From contig CAXXFL010000005.1 of the NCBI GenBank assembly GCA_963674965.2, positions 1 through 64,000 of the forward strand: 64,000 nt of DNA, in the 5' to 3' direction. Made by a program: the position numbers and the translations under genes. This stretch comes from a bacterium. GTDB lineage: Bacteria; RBG-13-61-14; DATKZS01. Of the stretch, positions 26,588-37,842 are shown in pieces (the stretch's first letter is position 1; each line of letters starts with the position of its first letter). The notes under the pieces were generated by a model. That model saw nothing but the letters and a program-made list of their open reading frames with translations. It was not told the DNA's origin and made no database searches.

Positions 26588-28006
26588 TCAGTTTCTTTTT
26601 TCCACGAAGAGGTATTGCAGTATCTGAAGCCCGCTCCTGAAGTAATAGCGCATTCCATGCGGGCTTAAGGCCTTTTTCAAGGTCTTGAGGATGAAATGGG
26701 GCCGCAGGAAGAAGCGGCGGAACAGCTCTATCTGGAGGTCGGCCATTTCCTGGGGGGAAAAATGCTCGGTCCTCCAGCAGGGCACGCTGTGGATATGGGT
26801 ATATTTTTCCCATTGCTCGCCGAAGACCAGGCCCCTCTCCTTCATGATTTTCTCGTACTCAGTGCCGGGGAAGGGCACGGCGATGGCCGCGGCCATCAGG
26901 TCCGGGTCGATCTCCTTCATGAGCTTCACGCTCATCTCGACGTCCTCCCGGGTCTCGTCCGGGTGTCCGCCGATGATGAAAAAGGCCGTGGTTATGAGGC
27001 CGGCCTGGTGGGACCATTTAAAGGCGTCCTTGACCTGCTCGACCGTGATCCCCTTTTTCATCTTCTCCAGCATCCTCGGGCTTCCGCTCTCGACGCCGAA
27101 GGCGACCTTTTTACACCCCGAGTCGGCCAGCATGAACATCATGTCGCGCGTGACCACGTTGACCCTGGTGTCGCAGTCCCAGGTGACGCCCCTTTCCTTG
27201 AGCCCCCGGCATATCTCGGCCAGCCGGTTGGGACGGTAGGTAAAGGTGTCGTCCTCGATGGTGAAGTGACGGTACCCCCATTTGTCCATGCACTCGTCGA
27301 TCTCCGCGAAAACGTGGCCGGGGCTACGAAACCTCACCGTCTTTCCAAAGGTGACCTTGGCCGCGCAGAAAATGCATCGCTCGGGGCACCCGCGGGAGGT
27401 GAATATCTCGGTCGACCGCTGAAGGGCCGCGTCCAGTCCGGGAGAGGCCGCCCCCTTGTAAAGGGAATGGTCGATAAGGTCGCGAGCGGGCAGGGGAAGC
27501 TCGTCAAGTTTTCCGATCAGCGGCCTGGGCGGCTCGAGTACTACGCGGTCCCCCTCCCGCCAGGCCAGGCCCAGGACGCCCGCCGGTCCCGAGCCTTGCT
27601 CGAGGCGGCCGGCCAGCTCGGTCCAGGTTATTTCCCCCTCTCCCCTTATGACCGCGTCCAATACGGGAAACTCGTTCATGGTCTTCTCGGGAATGGCGGT
27701 TGGGTGCGGTCCCCCCATGGCGACGAAGGTCTTGGGCGAGGCCTCCTTGATCATCTCCAGTATCCGGGCTCCCACCTTGACGTTGGCCGTCAACCCGGTC
27801 ACGCCCACCAGGTCGGGACGAAAATCCCGCACGCGCCTTTTAAGAAGGGCCTCGGAGAATTCCTCGACCTCGAAGTCCCACGCCTCGGCCTCGTGTCCGG
27901 CCTGTCTTACCGCCGCAGCCAGGTAAAGCAGGTTCACCGGGTGCTGGACCATGCTGCGCTCGAGGGCGCCCATGATCTTGGGAGGACGGATATGTACTAT
28001 CCTCAC
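26588..28006 (-). CDS. Cobalamin-binding radical SAM enzyme (class B-like)
   Basis: N-terminal B12 domain (LLYLAAAV, GGPHPT), TSRGCPERCIFC, FGVESGS, PFPGT. Confidence 0.92.
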   Translation of the reverse strand: MRIVHIRPPKIMGALERSMVQHPVNLLYLAAAVRQAGHEAEAWDFEVEEFSEALLKRRVRDFRPDLVGVTGLTANVKVGARILEMIKEASPKTFVAMGGPHPTAIPEKTMNEFPVLDAVIRGEGEITWTELAGRLEQGSGPAGVLGLAWREGDRVVLEPPRPLIGKLDELPLPARDLIDHSLYKGAASPGLDAALQRSTEIFTSRGCPERCIFCAAKVTFGKTVRFRSPGHVFAEIDECMDKWGYRHFTIEDDTFTYRPNRLAEICRGLKERGVTWDCDTRVNVVTRDMMFMLADSGCKKVAFGVESGSPRMLEKMKKGITVEQVKDAFKWSHQAGLITTAFFIIGGHPDETREDVEMSVKLMKEIDPDLMAAAIAVPFPGTEYEKIMKERGLVFGEQWEKYTHIHSVPCWRTEHFSPQEMADLQIELFRRFFLRPHFILKTLKKALSPHGMRYYFRSGLQILQYLFVEKRN

Positions 28007-28836
28007 GAGCCCTTCCCCGCCGATTCCAACTCGTCCGGGCCGAGGCCGCCGTCTTTTTGCCCCGCCCGATATTGAAGGTATTGCCTCAGGAACAGGCCCG
28101 CCGCGACCGCTCCCGCGGCCAGGGAGATGATCTGGCTGGTGGAAAGGGTGACCCCCAAAAGGGTCAAGGCGCCCCGGTGGTCGGCCCTGAAGAACTCGAG
28201 CGAGAACCTGGCGATCGCGTAGAGGAAAACCATCTGCCAGAAGATTTCTCCATCGAACTTCTTCCTTCTCGAGCGCCAGGCCAGGTAACCAAAAAGGATA
28301 AAGGCCGCGGCGCTGGAATATAGCGGAGTGGGATGTACCTTGTACTGGTATAGTCCGAGATGGGGATGAGTGGCCGGATAGACGACGCCCCAGGGAAGAT
28401 CGGGCGCGACCTTGCCGTAGCAGCAGCCGTTAAGGAAGCAGCCGATCCGGCCGATGCCCAGCATGAGCATGGCGGCGGGGGCGCACATGTCGGCCCAAAG
28501 GCCCAGGTCGAGCTTTTTGATCCGGATAAAAACGGCCCCCGCCAGAATCCCGGCGATCATTCCCCCGTACCAGGTGAGGCCGCCGTTCCAGATTCTGAAG
28601 ACCTCGAGGGGGTCGTCCACGAACCTTTTGTAGAAGATGATTACCTCGAGTCCCCTGGCCCCGAGGATGCCGGCGATGAACATGACTATGCTTATGTCCG
28701 CCACGTTGGCGACGTCCTGCCCGAGGCGCCTGGCCTCGATCCATCCGAAGGCCAGGCCTGCCAGGTATCCGGCGGCGACCATGGCCGAGTAGGAATAGAT
28801 CGGCCATGATCCGACGTGGAACAGGATGGGTTTCAA
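28003..28836 (-). CDS. lgt: Prolipoprotein diacylglyceryl transferase
   Basis: GARG, IWNGGLTWYGG, GIGRIGCFLNGCCYG, HPTPLY, RFSLEFFRAD. Confidence 0.95.
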   Translation of the reverse strand: MKPILFHVGSWPIYSYSAMVAAGYLAGLAFGWIEARRLGQDVANVADISIVMFIAGILGARGLEVIIFYKRFVDDPLEVFRIWNGGLTWYGGMIAGILAGAVFIRIKKLDLGLWADMCAPAAMLMLGIGRIGCFLNGCCYGKVAPDLPWGVVYPATHPHLGLYQYKVHPTPLYSSAAAFILFGYLAWRSRRKKFDGEIFWQMVFLYAIARFSLEFFRADHRGALTLLGVTLSTSQIISLAAGAVAAGLFLRQYLQYRAGQKDGGLGPDELESAGKGS

Positions 28837-29453
28837 TGGTCGTTGGCCTCGAGTCCCAGGCTTCCCACCTCGGGCTCGCTTTCGTCGGGATCGGGCGCGG
28901 TCTCCGCGAGCGGCGGCCCGTCACCGCCGTCCGTCTCGGGCGACCCCAGGACCTCCTCTTCCCCGTCCTCCCCGGGCTCGCGAGCGAAGAGGGTATCGAA
29001 AATCAGAAGCACGATGCCGACGGTAATAAAGGTGTCCGCCAGGTTGAAGGTGGGCCACCAGTAGTCGTTCCAGATTCTGCTCCTGATAAAATCGACCACG
29101 TACCCCCATCTGAACCTGTCGATGAGGTTCCCGAAGGCGCCGGACAAAATAAGGCCCAGCGCGGCCGGGAGCTGGATGGAGGAGTGGTCGGCCTGGCGAA
29201 GCAGGCGGCCAATAATAAGCACCGCCACCAGGGTAATGCCGCAAAAAACGAAGACCCTGTAATCCACGTGTATGTTGGGAAACATACCGAAGGCCATTCC
29301 CTCGTTCTCGGCGTAGCGGAACTCGAGAAAGCCGTCGAACACGGACGAGTAGCGGATGGGCTCGAGATATTTCTTGATCAGGGTCTTGGAAACCTGATCT
29401 ATCATTACTCCAGCCAGGCAAAACGACGACGCTATTAGATACTTACGCGACAA
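28833..29453 (-). CDS. lspA: Lipoprotein signal peptidase II with acidic C-tail
   Basis: DQVSK, NEGMAFG, GAFGNLIDR, VVDFI, WPTFNLAD. Confidence 0.95.
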   Translation of the reverse strand: MSRKYLIASSFCLAGVMIDQVSKTLIKKYLEPIRYSSVFDGFLEFRYAENEGMAFGMFPNIHVDYRVFVFCGITLVAVLIIGRLLRQADHSSIQLPAALGLILSGAFGNLIDRFRWGYVVDFIRSRIWNDYWWPTFNLADTFITVGIVLLIFDTLFAREPGEDGEEEVLGSPETDGGDGPPLAETAPDPDESEPEVGSLGLEANDH

Positions 29454-29496
29454 ACGCGGCCTCCAAAGATATTTTTTCGTCGGCTAAAGGGAAAGG

Positions 29497-30768
29497 TTAT
29501 TTCCCCTTGGCGACCTCCTGGGGCAGGGCGATCCTGCCCTTGACGGCCGAGGCCGCGGCCACCGCCGGGCCGGCCAGGTAGACCTCGCTTTTCGGATGTC
29601 CCATCCTGCCCACGAAGTTCCTGTTGGTGGTGGCCACCGCCCGCTCTCCCTCCGCCAGCACTCCCATGTGCCCGCCCAGGCAGGGCCCGCAAGTGGGGGT
29701 GCTAACGGCGGCCCCCGCGTTGATAAAGGCGTCGATGAGTCCCTCCCGCATGGCCTGGCGGAAGATGATGGGCGTGGCCGGGAAGACGATCATCCGCACC
29801 TGATTATTGACGCGGTTTCCGGCCATGACCTTGGCGGCGACCCGGAGGTCCTCGATCCAGCCGTTGGTGCAGGAGCCAATCACCACCTGGTCGATGGTCA
29901 CGTCCGAGCAATCCTCCGCCGGCCTCGCGTTGGCGGGCGAGTGAGGGGCCGACACGGTAAGGGGCACCTCGGAGGCCTTGATTTTAATCGTTTCCGAGTA
30001 CTTGGCTTCCTCGCTGGCCAGGTAGCTGGGCTTGCGGCCATGCAGTCTTCCCCGCAGCCAGACCTTGGTCTTGTCGTCGGGAGAGATGATGCCGCTTTTT
30101 GCCCCCGCCTCGATGGCCATGTTGCACATGGTGAAGCGGTCCGATTGGGAAAGGGCGGAGACGGCCCCTCCCCCGAACTCGATCGCCTTGTAACGGGCGC
30201 CCTCGACCCCGATCTTGCCGATCAGGTGAAGGATGAAGTCCTTGCCCGAAACCCATTCGCCCCGCTCGCCCGTGAAATCGACCTTGACCGTCTCGGGGAC
30301 CTTGAGCCAGACCTTGCCCGTGGCCATGGCCGCACCCAGGTCCGTCGAGCCGACGCCGGTCGAAAAGGCGCCCAGGGCCCCGTAGGTGCAGGTGTGGCTG
30401 TCCGCCCCGATCACGACCTGGCCTGGAAGCACCAGTCCCTGCTCCGGCAAAAGGGCGTGCTCGATGCCGGCCTTGCCGCACTCGAAGAAGTGGGCGATCT
30501 TGTGCTTCCTGGCGAACTCGCGCATCTTCTTGATCTGCTCGGCGGCGGCGATGTCCTTGGCGGGCTGGAAGTGGTCGGGCACCAGGGCGATCTTGGCCTT
30601 GTCGAAAACGTCGTCGGCCCCCGTCTCCTCGAAGGCGTCTATGGCCAGGGGCGCGGTTATATCGTTGGCCAACGCCATATCGACGTCGGCCATTATAAAT
30701 TCACCCGGCGCGACCTCGTCTCTTCCCGAGTGGGCGGCCAGGATTCTTTCGGTGATGGTCATTCCCAT
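29497..30768 (-). CDS. leuC: 3-isopropylmalate dehydratase large subunit (LeuC/HacA type)
   Basis: GADSHTCTYGA, IGSCTNG, CGPCLGGHMG, TTNRNF. Confidence 0.93.
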   Translation of the reverse strand: MGMTITERILAAHSGRDEVAPGEFIMADVDMALANDITAPLAIDAFEETGADDVFDKAKIALVPDHFQPAKDIAAAEQIKKMREFARKHKIAHFFECGKAGIEHALLPEQGLVLPGQVVIGADSHTCTYGALGAFSTGVGSTDLGAAMATGKVWLKVPETVKVDFTGERGEWVSGKDFILHLIGKIGVEGARYKAIEFGGGAVSALSQSDRFTMCNMAIEAGAKSGIISPDDKTKVWLRGRLHGRKPSYLASEEAKYSETIKIKASEVPLTVSAPHSPANARPAEDCSDVTIDQVVIGSCTNGWIEDLRVAAKVMAGNRVNNQVRMIVFPATPIIFRQAMREGLIDAFINAGAAVSTPTCGPCLGGHMGVLAEGERAVATTNRNFVGRMGHPKSEVYLAGPAVAAASAVKGRIALPQEVAKGK

Positions 30769-30838
30769 GCTTTATTTTCCTCCTCTCGCGCGGCGGCGCG
30801 GGGCAAACGGAGGGGGACATGCCCCCTCCTTCTCGTCT

Positions 30839-32383
30839 TCATGGAGCGTCGGCGTGCATGGCTCCCCTGCGGTTCTTCATCTTGTAGTCCAGCTTGTTGA
30901 GGGCGTCCACGTAGGCCTTGGCCGAGGCCACGATAATGTCGGTGTGCGCGCCAAGTCCCGTGACCTCGACGCCCTCGTTCTCGATCCTCACCCGCACCTC
31001 GCCCTGGGCGTCGGTGCCGCCGGTGATGGCGTTGACGCTGAACACGACGAGCTTGCTCTTGTCGCCGGTCAGCTTGGCTATGGCCTTGAAGGCCGCGTCG
31101 ACCGGCCCGTCGCCGAACTCGGCCCCCCTCACGAGGTACCCGTCCACGTCGAGCCTGAGGCTGGCGGTGGGCATGACCTGGGAGCCCGAGGTCACGTTGA
31201 TATAATCCAGGCGGTACCTTTTGGGCACCTGTATTATTTCGTCCATTATCAGGGTTTCAAGGTCCTCGTCGAATATTTCCTTTTTCTTGTCCGAGAGGGC
31301 CTTGAAGCGCTTGAAGGCCGTCTGGAGCTGCTCGTCGGAAAGATCGAACCCGAGTTCCTCCATGCGGTCGCGGAAGGCGTGCCGGCCCGAGTGCTTGCCC
31401 ATTACCAGCTTGTTGCCGGGTATGCCCACCGACTGGGGCGTCATGATCTCGTAGGTGAGCTTGTGCTTGAGCACCCCGTCCTGGTGTATTCCCGACTCGT
31501 GCTGGAAGGCGTTCCTTCCCACGATGGCCTTGTTGGGCGGCACCACGATCCCGGTGATCTTTCTCACCAGCCGGCTGGCCGGATATATCTGCTCGGCCGC
31601 GATCCCGGTCTCGAGCCCGGTTTTCTCTCCCCGAGTCTTGATGGCCATGACGATCTCCTCGAGGGAGGCGTTTCCCGCCCGCTCGCCGAGACCGTTGACG
31701 GTGCACTCGACCTGCCTGGCCCCGGCGAACACGCCGGCCAGGCTGTTTGCCACCGACAGGCCCAGGTCGTCGTGGCAGTGGACCGAAAGGACCACCTTGT
31801 CTATTCCCGGGACCTCCTTGACCAGCTTCTCGATGATCTCGGTCATCTCGAAGGGCAGGGCGTACCCCACCGTGTCGGGGATGTTGATGGTGGTGGCCCC
31901 CGCCTCGACCGCTCCCGCCACCATCTTCACCAGGAAGTCGTGGGGAGAACGGGTGGCGTCCTCACAGGAAAACTCGACGTTCGAGGTCAGTTTCTTGGCG
32001 TAGCGCACCGCGTCCTGCATCTCGGCGAAGACCTCGTCGCGGGACATCTTGAGCTTGTGCTTCAAGTGGATGTCGCTGGTGGCGATAAAGGTGTGGATAC
32101 GGGGGTCCTCGCCGTCCTTGACCGCCTCCCAGGCGCGGTCTATGTCCACCTTCTTGGTGCGGCAAAGCCCGGCCACCTGACAGCCGCGTATCTCCTGGGC
32201 GATGCGGCTCACGGCCTCGAAGTCTCCCTCCGAGCTGATGGGGAAGCCGGCCTCGATAATGTCCACGCCCAGCTTCTCGAGCTGGCGGGCCACGATCAGC
32301 TTTTCCTCGATGTTCATGGTGGCGCCGGGCGACTGCTCGCCGTCGCGCAGGGTGGTGTCGAAAATATATACTCTATCCGTCAT
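30839..32383 (-). CDS. leuA: 2-isopropylmalate synthase
   Basis: FDTTLRDGEQSPG, HCHDDLG, GERAGNA, HESGIHQDG, C-terminal regulatory domain. Confidence 0.96.
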   Translation of the reverse strand: MTDRVYIFDTTLRDGEQSPGATMNIEEKLIVARQLEKLGVDIIEAGFPISSEGDFEAVSRIAQEIRGCQVAGLCRTKKVDIDRAWEAVKDGEDPRIHTFIATSDIHLKHKLKMSRDEVFAEMQDAVRYAKKLTSNVEFSCEDATRSPHDFLVKMVAGAVEAGATTINIPDTVGYALPFEMTEIIEKLVKEVPGIDKVVLSVHCHDDLGLSVANSLAGVFAGARQVECTVNGLGERAGNASLEEIVMAIKTRGEKTGLETGIAAEQIYPASRLVRKITGIVVPPNKAIVGRNAFQHESGIHQDGVLKHKLTYEIMTPQSVGIPGNKLVMGKHSGRHAFRDRMEELGFDLSDEQLQTAFKRFKALSDKKKEIFDEDLETLIMDEIIQVPKRYRLDYINVTSGSQVMPTASLRLDVDGYLVRGAEFGDGPVDAAFKAIAKLTGDKSKLVVFSVNAITGGTDAQGEVRVRIENEGVEVTGLGAHTDIIVASAKAYVDALNKLDYKMKNRRGAMHADAP

Positions 32384-32486
32384 GGGTCGATCTCCTTGGT
32401 TACACGGACGAACTCGATACTCGAGCCCGTTCCGGCGAAGGGTCCTTATTCTGGACCTTGAGTCATCTCTTCGGGGCCGGGAGGCT

Positions 32487-33431
32487 TCAGGTCCTGTTTT
32501 TCCTCGCCTCCTTCTTGGCCAGCTTGATCCTCTTCTTCGCCAGCTTCCGCTTAAGCCGCCTTTGCTTCTTGGCCTCGCGTCTCGTTTCGCGAAGCTCTTT
32601 TTCCCTCCGGCGGAAGATGATCCCGCCCTCGATCAGTCCCATTGAAAGGTACGTAATTCCGATGATGAACAGCGTCTGCTGGGGCCTGGCCATAAGGACC
32701 GCTATAAAGGCGGCCACTCCCGCCAGGGGAAGCCAGGGCCCGTGCTTGGTCAGATGAACGTCCTTGAATGTCCTGAATCGAACGTTGGAGACCATCAGGA
32801 GCGAAAGCAGGATGACCCAAATAAGCATTCCCCCCCGAATAGCGAAGCTTTCGGGGGGTATGCCTGCTCCTTTCGCCATCACCAAGTCGTGGGTGTACAA
32901 CTCGGGATAAATCTCGATGTGCATCAGTACCATTATCAAAATCAATCCGGCGGCCCCGGGGCTTGGCAGGCCCCTGAAGTACCGCTTGGATTCCTCGTCC
33001 GCGGTCAAGGTGTTGAACTTGGCCAGCCGTATGGCCGTGCAGGCCAGGTAAATGAAAGCCGCGGCCCAGCCCAGCCGTCCGAACTCGCTGAGCGCCCAGG
33101 TATAGGTCAGCATGGCGGGGGCGAACCCGAAGGAGATGAGGTCGGAGAGGGAGTCGTACTCGATCCCGAAGGCCGAGGTCCCCTTCACCAGCCGGGCCAC
33201 GCGCCCGTCCATCGAGTCCATAACTCCGGCGATGACTATGGCCCAGGCGGCGTACTCGAAGTTGCCGGCGATGGACATCATGATCGAGAAAAAGCCGAAG
33301 AACATGGCGGACGTGGTGATGGCGTTGGGCAGAAGATGGATGTTCCTCGCCCGCAGCTCCTCGCGCTCGTCCTCGGCCAGTATCTCGAGCGCCACCTCGT
33401 CCATGGGTTTGTTCTCTTCGTTCTCGTTCAT
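32487..33431 (-). CDS. pssA: CDP-diacylglycerol--serine O-phosphatidyltransferase
   Basis: LPNAIT, DSMDGRVAR...FGIEYDSLSDLISFG, RLAKFN, FRGLPSP. Confidence 0.93.
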   Translation of the reverse strand: MNENEENKPMDEVALEILAEDEREELRARNIHLLPNAITTSAMFFGFFSIMMSIAGNFEYAAWAIVIAGVMDSMDGRVARLVKGTSAFGIEYDSLSDLISFGFAPAMLTYTWALSEFGRLGWAAAFIYLACTAIRLAKFNTLTADEESKRYFRGLPSPGAAGLILIMVLMHIEIYPELYTHDLVMAKGAGIPPESFAIRGGMLIWVILLSLLMVSNVRFRTFKDVHLTKHGPWLPLAGVAAFIAVLMARPQQTLFIIGITYLSMGLIEGGIIFRRREKELRETRREAKKQRRLKRKLAKKRIKLAKKEARKNRT

Positions 33432-34072
33432 TTGAGCCTGCCTAAGACCGATTCCCCGGCCGTTACGCGGTCGCCCGGTACCACCACCACCTGGGCCTCG
33501 GGAGGAAGATAGACGTCGAGCCTGGAGCCGAACTTGATCAGCCCCATCCGCTGTCCGATCTCGACCTCCTTGCCCGCCCGAACGTAGCTCACTATCCTTC
33601 TCGCGATGAAGCCGGCCACCTGGACGAACATGTAAATCCTGCCCTTTTCGTCCCTGACCACCACCGCGTTCTGCTCGTTGTCCACGCTGGCCTTGTCGAG
33701 GCTGGCGTTAAAAAACTTTCCCTTGCTATAGATGGCGTCGACCACCACGCCCGTCCGGGGAACGCGGTTCACGTGCACGTCCATGGGGGACATGAAAATC
33801 TCGATTTTCCTCATCTCCCGGAAAAGGTATCGATCTTCATGGACCGCCTTTACCGCCAGGACCCTTCCGTCGGCCGGACTGACGTATATGTCGTCGCCGG
33901 GCGGCGTCTTCCTTTCCGGGTTCCTGAAAAACCAGGCGGAAAAGGCCGCCAACAGCCCGAGGGGAAGTGAAATCCACCATTTTCCCAGGGGCAGGGTGGC
34001 CATGAAAAGGATCGCGGAGGAAAACACCCAAGGGTGTCCCTCTTTGGCAAAAACCATGTCGCGATTCATCAT
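33428..34072 (-). CDS. psd: Phosphatidylserine decarboxylase proenzyme
   Basis: FFRNPER, SPADG, IFMSPMDVHVNR, IKFGSRLD autocleavage motif. Confidence 0.94.
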   Translation of the reverse strand: MMNRDMVFAKEGHPWVFSSAILFMATLPLGKWWISLPLGLLAAFSAWFFRNPERKTPPGDDIYVSPADGRVLAVKAVHEDRYLFREMRKIEIFMSPMDVHVNRVPRTGVVVDAIYSKGKFFNASLDKASVDNEQNAVVVRDEKGRIYMFVQVAGFIARRIVSYVRAGKEVEIGQRMGLIKFGSRLDVYLPPEAQVVVVPGDRVTAGESVLGRLK

Positions 34073-34211
34073 GATCTCGATCCCTTTCCTTTAGCGGTCC
34101 CGCCGCCGGAGGGCGGCATCTCCCCCTGAAAATAACTTATTATCGCCTCATGGCGCAAGGCGTCCGATTTTTTTGACCCCGTCCCCGCCGGGAGGTTTCT
34201 TTTTCCGTTCC

Positions 34212-35225
<1,014 letters not shown>

Positions 35226-35383
35226 GAACGAATCCTCCGATATTATTATATAAGCTATTATATCTGGATACGTCCTTATTACCAACTCCCTTTACGGGCG
35301 TGGGAGGTTTCGGGAAGCCTTCGGCGCCTTGCCTTGCATACCTTTAATAAAGGCAAGGGTAATGATACAATCCATATTCAATC

Positions 35384-36484
35384 ATGAGTTCTTTCCAGAT
35401 AGACCGCAGGTCCATATCCAACTTTGACTGGTGGCTGCTTTTCGTCGCCTTGGCGATAAATATTATCGGGGTTGTCAACCTTGCCAGCGCGGCGGAGGGC
35501 GGGGCATGGAAGACCCAGCTTATCCGGTTCGGGGTCGCCTTGATACTTGGGGCCTTAAGTCTGGGCATAGACTACAAATCCTTCGAGAAAATGGCCCCCC
35601 TTATTTACGGGTTTTGTTTTATTCTGCTGGTGGGCGTTTTGTTTTTCGGCAGGACCGTTAACGGGGCCACCAGTTGGTACGACTTTAAAATTATGCGCCT
35701 TCAGCCCTCGGAGCTTATGAAGCTGGCCCTGATTATCATTATCGCCCGGGTCTATCACAGGGACGTGGAGGAAAAGCCCTGGGGAATAAGACAACTGGCG
35801 TGGCCCTCCGCGCTGGTCATCGCGCCGGTTATCGTGGTCCTGCTCGAGCCCGACGCCGGCACGGCCTTGATAATGCTCCTTGTCTGCTCGACCATGTTCG
35901 TATTCGCGGGCGTGAAAAAGAAGATTCTCGTCTTTGCTTTCCTTGTTTTTATCGCGTTCGCGGCCTCCTATCCCATTTGGAAAAAAGCCCTGCCCCCTCA
36001 CCAGCAGGCCCGCATCAACGTCTGGATATATCCTAACAAGGACCCCAACGGGGCCGGCTACAACGTGCTCCAGTCCAAGATAGCCGTGGGATCGGGAGGG
36101 ATGTTCGGAAAAGGCTTCAAACACGGAAGCGTGCATATGCTGAGGTTTTTGCCCGAGCAGCAGACGGACTTCGTTTTCAGCGTATGGGCCGAGGAATGGG
36201 GCTTCTTCTGGGTCCTGGTGGCTCTGACTCTTTATTGCCTCCTCGTGGTGCGAGGATTGCAAGCCGCCCAACAGGCAAAGGACAAGTTTGGAGTGATGCT
36301 GGCCTTCGGCTGTTCGGCCTTGATTTTCTGGCATGCCTTTATTAACGTGGGCATGGTGGTGGGAGTGACGCCCGTCATTGGCGTGCCCCTTGCCTTTATG
36401 TCCTATGGCGGATCGAACCTTTTGGCCTTCATGCTCGCCGCGGCGATTATTTTGAACGTGAGGATGCGTAAGTATTTTTTCTGA
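35384..36484 (+). CDS. rodA: SEDS peptidoglycan polymerase RodA
   Basis: QPSELMK, EPDAGT, GYNVLQSKIAVGSGG, LPEQQTDFVFS, SYGGS. Confidence 0.93.
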   Translation: MSSFQIDRRSISNFDWWLLFVALAINIIGVVNLASAAEGGAWKTQLIRFGVALILGALSLGIDYKSFEKMAPLIYGFCFILLVGVLFFGRTVNGATSWYDFKIMRLQPSELMKLALIIIIARVYHRDVEEKPWGIRQLAWPSALVIAPVIVVLLEPDAGTALIMLLVCSTMFVFAGVKKKILVFAFLVFIAFAASYPIWKKALPPHQQARINVWIYPNKDPNGAGYNVLQSKIAVGSGGMFGKGFKHGSVHMLRFLPEQQTDFVFSVWAEEWGFFWVLVALTLYCLLVVRGLQAAQQAKDKFGVMLAFGCSALIFWHAFINVGMVVGVTPVIGVPLAFMSYGGSNLLAFMLAAAIILNVRMRKYFF

Positions 36485-36500
36485 TTGCTTTTTTATCCGA

Positions 36501-36968
36501 CTATTTTGCTCCGTGAGATCGCAAAAATTCCACCATTTCCATGTCTTCGTTCAGTTCGGCCGAGCGGATGGGCGTTATGCCGACCTCGTCGGCCACGTTA
36601 GCGTCGGCGCCCCCCTGGATTAACAGGCTCGCCACCTCGACGCTTCCCGTCACGGCGGCCCAGTGAAGAGGCGTCTCGCCCTCGTTGTTCTTGCAGTTCA
36701 GGTCGGCTCCACGCCTCAGCATGGTCAGTACAACCTGCATGTTGCCGGCCAAAACGGCCCATAAAAGGGGGGTATTGCCGTCCTCGTCGCGCGCGTTGAC
36801 GTCGGCCCCCTGCTCGATCAGCATGGTGCAGGTCGCCGTGTCGCATTCCCCGGCGGCCTCCTCGATGAGTAGCTTGTCCCTTTTTTCGGACCCCGTCGTG
36901 CGTTCCTTGGATATGTTCAAGCCATTTCTTCCTTCATCCATTATCACACCCGCTTTCATAAGCGTCAT
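36501..36968 (-). CDS. Ankyrin-repeat protein
   Basis: GADVNARDEDGNTPLLWA, GETPLHWAA repeats. Confidence 0.9.
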   Translation of the reverse strand: MTLMKAGVIMDEGRNGLNISKERTTGSEKRDKLLIEEAAGECDTATCTMLIEQGADVNARDEDGNTPLLWAVLAGNMQVVLTMLRRGADLNCKNNEGETPLHWAAVTGSVEVASLLIQGGADANVADEVGITPIRSAELNEDMEMVEFLRSHGAK

Positions 36969-37007
36969 GAAGCCACCCGGCGGCGCGAGCGGACTTGTCT
37001 GGGCGCT

Positions 37008-37382
37008 TTAAGAATCTCTCGACTCGAGAAGCTCCCTAATCCTGGCGCGCAACTCCTCGGGCCTGAACGGTTTAAGCATGTAACCGTCGCCCCCCTTCAT
37101 TTCCCCCATTTTCTTGGAAGGCAAGCTGTCCCGAGCGGTCAGGAAAAGAACGGCGATACGACTGGTCTCGGGATTACCTTTAACTTCCTCGCAAACGGCG
37201 TATCCCCACTTATCGGGCATCATCAGATCCAGGACGATAAGGTCGGGCCCGAAACTATTAACCTTTTCCATCGCCTCCATGCCGTTGTTGGCCTTGGCCA
37301 ACTCGTATCCCTCCTTGGCGAGGCTGTCCTCGATCAGGTCTCTTATGACTTCCTCGTCGTCGACTATCAGAACCTTATACAA
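37008..37382 (-). CDS. Single-domain response regulator
   Basis: VLIVDDE, DLIVLDLMMP, FLTA, KPF; TTG start after GGAGG. Confidence 0.92.
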   Translation of the reverse strand: MYKVLIVDDEEVIRDLIEDSLAKEGYELAKANNGMEAMEKVNSFGPDLIVLDLMMPDKWGYAVCEEVKGNPETSRIAVLFLTARDSLPSKKMGEMKGGDGYMLKPFRPEELRARIRELLESRDS

Positions 37383-37842
37383 ATGAAATACCTCCCATGC
37401 GCTTTTTCGCCTATCTTCACGCGCCAAGTCGCCGGAACTCCCGCCCTTTTGTCCCGGTTACTCCCACTCGCCTTTAAATAAAAGACGATGGATTGTATTA
37501 TTTTATTCCTTCCAGGTTTGCGGCTTCCCCGGATAATGAGGAGCGGCCTCCATTATGGATGGGCGGGACGTCTCGGTCCCCGGCGATGAAGAGATAAGCA
37601 GGTTGCAGTCAATTGTCCGGCCATGGTTTTCAAGCCGAACCGAATTGGGTCTCCGCCGCCTTTAATACCATTTTAACCTTAGCGAGTAAAATATGCCAGT
37701 GTAAATTCATACTTTTACAAAATTGTTCGAAATTCCAGGTTTCAAGGATGGCCGAATATAATAAACTTGTAGAGCTTGATCTCATCGGATAGATTGGTCC
37801 TTACCGCCGGTACCCATCCGGCCATTAGAAAATGGAGGAAAA

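Noticed and set aside
30386-32461. Long antisense ORFs (e.g. 691 aa here; 26696-28075, 29596-30900, 52229-53530)
   Set aside because: Shadow frames opposite well-supported genes, expected from high-GC codon bias; no motifs.
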